A stretch of DNA of 64,000 nt, taken from positions 1-64,000 of the IMG/VR virus record IMGVR_UViG_3300011727_000029, one strand, 5' to 3'. The position numbers and the translations under genes were made by a program. Positions 57,330-64,000 of the stretch are shown piece by piece (position 1 is the stretch's first letter; every line of letters starts with the position of its first letter). This stretch comes from a virus (Duplodnaviria; Caudoviricetes). Under the pieces are notes generated by a model. The model saw nothing but the letters and a program-made list of their open reading frames with translations. It ran no database searches and had not been told where the DNA came from.

Positions 57330-60300
57330 AATTTATCCCTTTTGCGTTTACGAATATTGACCGCATTAGTCACTGCAAATATTCCATCTTGATCAAATGA
57401 AAAAGAGCTTGTTTCTTGATTCTCAACAGCAAGAACTACTTTTTCAACTGTTTTAACAACGTTATCAAGTTTAGATTCTAAAGCTTTGTAATCATTTCCA
57501 GTATTTGATGAAGTAATTATTGCACTATCTTTCATTTTAAGGTTTGGCAAAGAAAAAGCAATACCATTGTTCATCATTTTTAGTATCTCAGCATTATCAC
57601 CAGCTCTAGTTCCTTTGGCTGTAATGACACTTTCGCCACGACTTAATCTAGCCGGAATACTATCTGATGTTTCAGAACCTGGTCCATTAAGTCCAACGAC
57701 ACCATCTTTAAATCCTAAAGTTCCTGTTGTATCCTGTGTCATTGATTTAACCATTGCAAATCCAGACATCAACGCTCCAATTGTGGCCATAACAACAGGA
57801 ACAGACAACCAGCCACCACCAGCCGCCGCAGCATTTGCAATTGCAAGTAAGGATGCCGAAGCTTGTTGAGCTGCATTTATTGCAATTTGTGATCTAGCGT
57901 ATTTTTCTTGCTGTGCCTGAGCTCTCTGTAAACGTTTTTCTTCAAGTTGTAATAATTCAGCGTTTCCACGTTCTGCAATAGATTTTAAACGCTCTACTCG
58001 TTTTTCGCGAATAGATATTTCTAAATCGACCGCTTGTTGTAAAGCTGATGTAATTGTATTTGCTGCTTGAGTTGCTCCATCAGTAATCTCAGAAATACTT
58101 TTCGCTAGAGATTCAAAAGGATTATCTTCTTTGTCTTTTTTTCTATTTCGTTCATTTATTTTAGTAACAATATTTCCTTGCACCACTCCTAATTGAGCCT
58201 GAGTTGAATCAATTAATTTTTTACGTCCTTTTTGCTCTTCTTCAGTAAGTAAATCATATCCTGTCTGATAAATTTTTATTCTATCTTCAAAGTATTTTTT
58301 TTCATTGAATAATTTGGCAAGATCAGAACGATAAGCAATTTCATCCGAAGTTTTAATATATTCTTCTTCAAGTTTTAACCTTTTACGTTTAGATACATTT
58401 TCTAAATCTTCAGTTTTAGTATTTTTTTCTCTTAACCTTTTTAATTCCCTACCGTTATTATCTAACTCAATTTGATATTTTTTAAAGAACATTTTTTCTT
58501 CTGAATCTGTATAAATATCAATTTTATTATTTGCTGAGTCTTTTAAATCGTCAAGTTCCTGTAAATCGTATTTAAGATTAATATCACGTTCTTTTATACG
58601 GCCATCCTCAATAATTTTCGCTCGTAATTCATGTAGCTTTTTAATATTAGCATTTACAACTTCCAATTGATTCGTTGCAGACTTCACTACATCAGAATTA
58701 GAACTGTTTAAATCTGAATTTAAATTATCACTACTTGTATATAGAGAGGATAATTGATTATTAATAGTTGTTATTCTATTATTAGAATCACGCTTAGAAT
58801 TAGCAATTTCTTTTGTCCGGGAATCTGCTGAAAGTTTAAAAATCTCATCATCAATATTCTTTTGTTCATCAATTAATTGTTTGATTATTTTTTCTGAACG
58901 TTCACGAATTGCATCAGAATATTCCTTGAAACTATTTTTAATCTCATCAATACGAGTTTGATTCGCTTCTTTCTCAGCTTTCTTCAAATATTGAGGTCGT
59001 TTTAAAGCATATTTTAATTCAATTTCAAGTAATTTTTGACCATTTTCTTCTACAGCTTCCGTTAAACGCTGGCTATATGTTTGACGATCGATTAATTCCG
59101 ATTCAAGAGCATTCAATAATTCTTCCTTACGACGTTGGAAACGTTGCTTTTCTAGTTCTTGTTCAACTTTCATTTGCCTGTCGATTTCGTCTAATGCGAT
59201 TTCGTTAGGATCTTTTGCTTTTTTAGTTTTGGTTTTCTTCTTTTTAGTATCAGTTGTAGGTTTAGCAATATTTGGTTTAGGTGGATTTATCAAATCCTTA
59301 ATCCCTTGTATTAATTTTTCTTGAGCTAGGATTTCTTTTTGATTTGCACCACTTTTTTTAAGTGCTTGAAGTTCTTTTTGCTCTAAAGCTAATGATTCTT
59401 TTAACCCATTGATGTAACTTTCATTTTCCGCATTCGCTAATTCAATGTTATGTACACGCTCTTTGTTTAATTGATTATTTAGTTTATTGAAATTTGCAAA
59501 ATCACTTTTAAATTTATCTAATGCAGCAGTTTCTTTGAATTGATTAGAAATCATTCCGGAACCTGGCATCATAGTATTACTTTCAAATCCTTTTGATTTA
59601 CTACTAGATTTATTTGTTAAATCAGTAAGGATTTGATTACCTACTTTTTGCTGTTGTGATGGACTTAACCTAGAAAAACTAACTTCAGAATATCCGTACT
59701 TTTTTAATTCAGGTAAAAGCGTTTTAATAGCGTCTCTCTGTTTACGGATTAAATCAGTTTGTTTCTCAGTAATTCTACTTTGTTGTTCATCAATTAAAGC
59801 AAGGCGTATTTTATTTTCGTATTGTTGATTTAAAACAGATAAAGCAGAAGCTAGCTGTTCTGTATTTGATTTTTCCGCATCTATCAAGTTCAAGAACTCA
59901 GGATATTTTGCGGTAATTTCACTCATAATTACGCTTCGAACTTCTTCCTGATCATTAGCTATAATTAGCTGACCTACTAAATTATTTAATTCAGCTTGTT
60001 GCTCTCTATAACTATCTGCTGGACTTGTTTCAATCAATTTAGTAAACCAATCTACAGATTCTTTTACGATACCAAGTAAATCATTAAATTGAGATACTCC
60101 TTTATCTCCAATTGCAGAAAACAAACTATCGAATGAATCACCCAAATTTGAAACTGTACCACTTAAAGTTTTAGCTTGTGCATTCATTCCTCCGGCAACT
60201 CCTTGAAGTTTACCAAAAGATATTACAGCGTTTCTTAAGGCTTGTTCATCAGTTTTCTTGACTTGTTTCTCAATTCCTTTGAATGAAAGAGTTACCATAT

Positions 60301-61183
60301 CACCAGATGTTCTGGCTTTTATTCCAAATTCTTTTAAACGTTCAAATTCGCCTGTTTGAGCATCAAGGATGGCCTCTACAAGTTGATCAAATGATTTTCC
60401 TTGTGAAGCTGCTAAATCTCCAATGTTTGTTAATTCATCCATTGTTGGAACAAAACCACGATTAACCAGTTTAATAAATGATGAGGTTAATTCATCAACT
60501 GCGAATGGAGTTTTTTCGGCAAACTCTTTAATTTTTGCAAATTCTTCATTTGCTTTGATAGAGGATTGAAATGTATTTCTTAATGTAGTTCTATAAGATT
60601 CGAAACGTTGAGTAACATCTTTTATTTGGCTTCCTAGTTGAGAAATTCCAATTGCTCCACCAATCATCGGAAGTAATCTAGAAATTGCACCGCCGCTGAC
60701 CCCTAAACCTAAACCGCTTAATAAACCACCGTTTTGATTTACATTTCTTGCCGGATTGGTTACGTTTAAACTGTTTTTTGTCCGGGAAATTAAATTATTG
60801 TACCGGTCTATTTCTGCTGGAGAAGTAGCACGTCTACGAGCTTGAGATAAGATTTGTAAACGACGTTCTAAATTTCCTACTAATCCTATTTCTTGATTTA
60901 GAGCGTTATTTAAACTTTTGTTAGAAACAAGATTATCCTCTAGACTTCTTCGATGATGGTTTAGTGCGGTAGCATTTTGGTTAATCATACGATTAAGTCG
61001 TTCACGTGTACGAACATCTTGAATATTTGTACGATTGAACTGTTCAACTAAACGAATTTGTCGTTTTGTTAAATTTTCAATACCTGTAATATTGCCTTTA
61101 ACCGTTTTTACTGCGTGGTCAAGTTCCCTATCTTCAACGTCGTAAGTAATTCGATGTATAATGTCTACAATTTCATCCACCAT
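57326..61183 (-). CDS. Tape measure protein 2
   Basis: KEFAEKTPF tape-measure domain; GPGSETSDSIPARLSRGESV; ATG 61183. Confidence 0.92.
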   Translation of the reverse strand: MVDEIVDIIHRITYDVEDRELDHAVKTVKGNITGIENLTKRQIRLVEQFNRTNIQDVRTRERLNRMINQNATALNHHRRSLEDNLVSNKSLNNALNQEIGLVGNLERRLQILSQARRRATSPAEIDRYNNLISRTKNSLNVTNPARNVNQNGGLLSGLGLGVSGGAISRLLPMIGGAIGISQLGSQIKDVTQRFESYRTTLRNTFQSSIKANEEFAKIKEFAEKTPFAVDELTSSFIKLVNRGFVPTMDELTNIGDLAASQGKSFDQLVEAILDAQTGEFERLKEFGIKARTSGDMVTLSFKGIEKQVKKTDEQALRNAVISFGKLQGVAGGMNAQAKTLSGTVSNLGDSFDSLFSAIGDKGVSQFNDLLGIVKESVDWFTKLIETSPADSYREQQAELNNLVGQLIIANDQEEVRSVIMSEITAKYPEFLNLIDAEKSNTEQLASALSVLNQQYENKIRLALIDEQQSRITEKQTDLIRKQRDAIKTLLPELKKYGYSEVSFSRLSPSQQQKVGNQILTDLTNKSSSKSKGFESNTMMPGSGMISNQFKETAALDKFKSDFANFNKLNNQLNKERVHNIELANAENESYINGLKESLALEQKELQALKKSGANQKEILAQEKLIQGIKDLINPPKPNIAKPTTDTKKKKTKTKKAKDPNEIALDEIDRQMKVEQELEKQRFQRRKEELLNALESELIDRQTYSQRLTEAVEENGQKLLEIELKYALKRPQYLKKAEKEANQTRIDEIKNSFKEYSDAIRERSEKIIKQLIDEQKNIDDEIFKLSADSRTKEIANSKRDSNNRITTINNQLSSLYTSSDNLNSDLNSSNSDVVKSATNQLEVVNANIKKLHELRAKIIEDGRIKERDINLKYDLQELDDLKDSANNKIDIYTDSEEKMFFKKYQIELDNNGRELKRLREKNTKTEDLENVSKRKRLKLEEEYIKTSDEIAYRSDLAKLFNEKKYFEDRIKIYQTGYDLLTEEEQKGRKKLIDSTQAQLGVVQGNIVTKINERNRKKDKEDNPFESLAKSISEITDGATQAANTITSALQQAVDLEISIREKRVERLKSIAERGNAELLQLEEKRLQRAQAQQEKYARSQIAINAAQQASASLLAIANAAAAGGGWLSVPVVMATIGALMSGFAMVKSMTQDTTGTLGFKDGVVGLNGPGSETSDSIPARLSRGESVITAKGTRAGDNAEILKMMNNGIAFSLPNLKMKDSAIITSSNTGNDYKALESKLDNVVKTVEKVVLAVENQETSSFSFDQDGIFAVTNAVNIRKRKRDKL

Positions 61184-61189
61184 AATACA

Positions 61190-61209
61190 CAAAAATAAAC
61201 AATATAAAT
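61190..61209 (-). promoter_or_regulatory. Prophage 2 internal late-region promoter (copy 3)
   Basis: Plus strand CAAAAATA-AAC-AATATAAAT, 6 nt upstream of the tape measure ATG. Confidence 0.5.
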
Positions 61210-61291
61210 GTAAATATATATTATAATTATATTTATCTTTGTTAAGAACTATTCTTACCGATTAATACGATAGTTTGACATGCTGAAAAAT

Positions 61292-61320
61292 AAAAACCAC
61301 TCATTTATGAGTGGTTTTTT
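61292..61320. terminator. Bidirectional terminator
   Basis: AAAAACCACTCAT-TT-ATGAGTGGTTTTT. Confidence 0.85.
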
Positions 61321-61604
61321 AATTGTTTATTATGCCATTCAACATATTTATTTCGATTGGAAATTCTGTAGTAATACTCAAATACAGAACAATTTAAAAA
61401 GTAATCTGCTTTTTGCTGATCTCCTTCAGATATTTTTAATGCGCCTAGCGAAAACGATTCATATAAATCATTTACTTTTACTGGTGGGGCGGTGGTGTCA
61501 ATTGCCGAATTGTCATTCTCCTTTGTTCCAAATAACTCTGTGAAACTTCCATTAAGTATTGCTGATAACTTGGAGTGAATTCCAAACCTATTGGCAAAAA
61601 AAAA
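61305..61604 (-). CDS. Start-less -1-frame ORF (tail assembly chaperone C-terminal extension)
   Basis: 99 sense codons with no ATG/GTG/TTG; opens 3 codons before a T9 run; GDQQKADYFLNCS motif. Confidence 0.65.
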   Translation of the reverse strand, partial: FFFANRFGIHSKLSAILNGSFTELFGTKENDNSAIDTTAPPVKVNDLYESFSLGALKISEGDQQKADYFLNCSVFEYYYRISNRNKYVEWHNKQLKNHS

Positions 61605-62017
61605 CTGTAAGCTTCAGGATCTTGTTTTACTTTTTTTAATTTTTCTTCAGTCCAATGATTTTCGCAAGTTTCAGGATTTTCACCATCAATAAAATGATAA
61701 ATCATAGCCATACGCAATGCGGAATCTTCATCAACAGGATAAGACATTCTAGCTTTAATGTTATTAATCCACACTGAAACCTCATCAAGTTTATTTTTAT
61801 TTACAGCTTCAGTCATGTTTTTACAAATCTCTTTAAGCATTTCTTTTGTTAATCCGGCTTCAGAATAAATATTTTGGGCATTTGCTGCAACATTTCTACT
61901 CAAGTGATATTGTGTAATATCCTTTAAAGCATAAAATTTTAATGGCTCATTATTTTTATCTTTTAGAGTAGAGGATTCAAAAGCTACCTTGTATTTTTCT
62001 GTGTTAAATTGTGTCAT
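61478..62017 (-). CDS. Tail assembly chaperone (0-frame product)
   Basis: 179 aa upstream of tape measure; contains T9 slippery run. Confidence 0.65.
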   Translation of the reverse strand: MTQFNTEKYKVAFESSTLKDKNNEPLKFYALKDITQYHLSRNVAANAQNIYSEAGLTKEMLKEICKNMTEAVNKNKLDEVSVWINNIKARMSYPVDEDSALRMAMIYHFIDGENPETCENHWTEEKLKKVKQDPEAYSFFLPIGLEFTPSYQQYLMEVSQSYLEQRRMTIRQLTPPPHQ

Positions 62018-62039
62018 AACATAGGGGGATTTTGCAGAA

Positions 62040-62252
62040 TTAATTTATGTTTAAATCTTTTCGATAAATAGCAACTTTTGCCCAATCAGGTAATTTATAC
62101 TCTTGTCCTTCCTGTATAAATTCAGTTCTAGAAGTTTCTTTTCTTTCCAAAGTTTCATCATTGTACCAAAATGTTACCTCTTGATATTTATATTCATAGA
62201 ATCGATTATTTCTATGATAAAATGTTTCTGTTTTTTCAATTTTCCATGCCAT
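62040..62252 (-). CDS. Hypothetical protein
   Basis: 70 aa after terL. Confidence 0.65.
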   Translation of the reverse strand: MAWKIEKTETFYHRNNRFYEYKYQEVTFWYNDETLERKETSRTEFIQEGQEYKLPDWAKVAIYRKDLNIN

Positions 62253-62254
62253 AA

Positions 62255-63589
62255 TTATGCTGATTTATTTTTAATATTAAAATAATTTGTTCGCGCGAAA
62301 TCATGGAAATATTTCTGGAAGAAATATCGACCACCATCGAAATAATCCATTTTATAAATTTCACGATCTTTTTTAAGTGTATGCGGTTTGTGACTTTTTT
62401 CGTCAATAGTTGCAATTGTGCAATCATTGATAAAATTAGGACATCCCTCTTTTGAAATAGAAAGATTTGGATATTGTGCAAACATTTGATTCATCAATAA
62501 TCTACTATTTTCAAAATGAAGATTTGAAGTATTTGGCTGTATTTGTTTTGGCTGTAAATCTAAATAAGAACGGATTAATGAGTATGCAGAATCGTGTATT
62601 GATTCGTAACCAACAACACCCTCTGTATTTCCTGAGCTATCACCTGTAACGTACAGGATAGAACTAGGAAATGTCATCTTAATTTCTTTACATAAATCTT
62701 TCAAAACTTGTTTACCTCCAAACTCTTTAAGAATATTAATAAAACTATGCGGATCTCCCATGTTTGGAGATTTTTGATAAGCTGTACATGTTAACGGGTC
62801 CTTATTAAAATCAAATGACAAGTAAACTTCATACGTTGGAAGAAATGGCAATTTTTCTTTTACGTGTTTATCATAATTGAAAGCATAAAGCCACATATTA
62901 TCGTTTTGCTCAATTCCCCATTCACCAAGTACATAAATTCTATAATCAGGATGAGATGGGGGAATTTCCATCATAATTTCTTTGTATTCCTGGTCAATGA
63001 ATTTATTATCCTTGAATGTAGTAATCAAATTAAACATTTTCTTAGGATTGTAACGCCCTCCTTCTTCAGGAGAATCCCAAAAACGTTTTTTAATCCAATG
63101 CTTTTCATGTATCGGATTAAACGACAAAATGATTTGATAAAAACCATCAACATGCCCACGAATACGACGATCTATTTCATTGAAATCAGCTTCAGAAAAT
63201 TCAGTTGCTTCCTCCATCCAAACCTTTGTAACACCTGAAATTGATTTTAATTTCTCTGGGTCATCTACACCAGCAAGAATTATTTCATTTCCGTTTTTCG
63301 CATGAAATGACATAGTTGTCGATTTAAATTGCACATCAAGTCTGTACAATTCAATTTGCGATTTCAGTAATGCGAAAATCGAATTTCGTAAAGTCGTTCC
63401 AACTTTTCTTAACGCTAAAATCTTTTCTCTATGTCCGTACGGATTAAGCAACCAGAACAATACTTTTTGCCCTACCGTCCAACTCTTTGATGAACCGGAA
63501 CCACCACGTAAATTAACATATCTATGCGTTGATTGAAAAAACGGATAGTATGCTTCATTGATATTATCTTCATGGAGTAGGGCACGCAT
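62255..63589 (-). CDS. terL: Terminase large subunit (PBSX-like)
   Basis: RGGSGSSKS, VWMEEATE, LSFNP, FDFNKDP. Confidence 0.95.
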   Translation of the reverse strand: MRALLHEDNINEAYYPFFQSTHRYVNLRGGSGSSKSWTVGQKVLFWLLNPYGHREKILALRKVGTTLRNSIFALLKSQIELYRLDVQFKSTTMSFHAKNGNEIILAGVDDPEKLKSISGVTKVWMEEATEFSEADFNEIDRRIRGHVDGFYQIILSFNPIHEKHWIKKRFWDSPEEGGRYNPKKMFNLITTFKDNKFIDQEYKEIMMEIPPSHPDYRIYVLGEWGIEQNDNMWLYAFNYDKHVKEKLPFLPTYEVYLSFDFNKDPLTCTAYQKSPNMGDPHSFINILKEFGGKQVLKDLCKEIKMTFPSSILYVTGDSSGNTEGVVGYESIHDSAYSLIRSYLDLQPKQIQPNTSNLHFENSRLLMNQMFAQYPNLSISKEGCPNFINDCTIATIDEKSHKPHTLKKDREIYKMDYFDGGRYFFQKYFHDFARTNYFNIKNKSA

Positions 63590-63590
63590 T

Positions 63591-63722
63591 CTACTTGATT
63601 AAATATTGAAAAAGTATATAAAATAAAAAACTAAAAACCAACCCAATTAGAACACCTAAACCCATCGATACCGATAGATAGTGTTCTAATTCTTTTTTAG
63701 AAAATAAATATTTATTTTTCAT
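63591..63722 (-). CDS. 43-aa single-TM peptide (not in ORF track)
   Basis: MKNKYLFSKKELEHYLSVSMGLGVLIGLVFSFLFYILFQYLIK. Confidence 0.55.
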   Translation of the reverse strand: MKNKYLFSKKELEHYLSVSMGLGVLIGLVFSFLFYILFQYLIK

Positions 63723-63745
63723 AATGTTGATTTTAAACATTGATT

Positions 63746-64000
63746 TTACACTGATGCTGTTTCAACTAATCCGTTAATCTCATCATCTAAATCTGAAATT
63801 AATTGACCAATTGTAGATAAACTTTCATTAGTTGATTCATCAAGGAATTGTTCATTTTTTGACAAAAGTTCTAAAGCATTTTTTGCACCTGAAAGCATAT
63901 CCAGTTTAATTGAATTAAATACCACTTCTTGATTTACTTCATCAACTTCAACTGTTGATTCTATTTCTTTTTCGAAATTTTCTAATAATTGTTTTATCAT
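63746..64000 (-). CDS. Hypothetical protein at window edge
   Basis: ATG at 64000; may extend beyond the window. Confidence 0.55.
   Translation of the reverse strand: MIKQLLENFEKEIESTVEVDEVNQEVVFNSIKLDMLSGAKNALELLSKNEQFLDESTNESLSTIGQLISDLDDEINGLVETASV

Larger units (their letters stand above)
38587..64000. mobile_element. Prophage 2 (temperate, siphovirus-like); continues beyond right edge
   Basis: att core, then integrase, then a second non-identical set of lysis, tail, capsid, portal, tape measure and terminase genes. Confidence 0.9.

Noticed and set aside
61280-61543. 87-aa + strand ORF in the track
   Set aside because: Runs through a terminator and is the antisense shadow of the more plausible minus-strand -1-frame ORF
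62864-63238. 124-aa + strand ORF; likewise 57567..57869, 52767..53063, 6964..7260, 31061..31339, 25201..25473 and other short track ORFs
   Set aside because: Wholly antisense to, or nested in, well-supported genes, with no motif, promoter or operon context

Overview
AT-rich Bacteroidota DNA. The order Flavobacteriales is inferred from TAnnTTTG promoters and the protein families present. The window is filled by two back-to-back siphovirus-like prophages with the same layout: an integrase on +, then lysis, tail, head, terminase and early genes on -. Prophage 1 (1 to about 38.59 kb; left att outside the window) is essentially complete. It carries an integrase, a SRAP-umuC-umuD-dinD cargo, a lysis module, morphogenesis genes with a 3-gene opposite-strand moron, terminase, replication and recombination genes, an atypical tRNA-like gene and a cro/cI switch. 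At 38587-38605 the 3' end of a tRNA-Ser, flanked on both sides by GCACAA arm-type repeats, forms an attP-like junction. Prophage 2 follows (integrase, lysis, tail, head, tape measure, terminase) and runs off the right edge. The most unusual items are: (1) a 114-nt tRNA-like RNA with an 8-nt anticodon loop and two variable-arm hairpins; (2) the apparently intact attP between the two phages; (3) a start-less -1-frame ORF opened by a U9 run upstream of tape measure 2; (4) a face-to-face promoter switch with 16-bp palindromic operators; (5) several uncharacterised genes probably expressed in the lysogen. No CRISPR array, rRNA, IS or reverse transcriptase was seen. All family names come from motifs recognised by eye, not from database searches.
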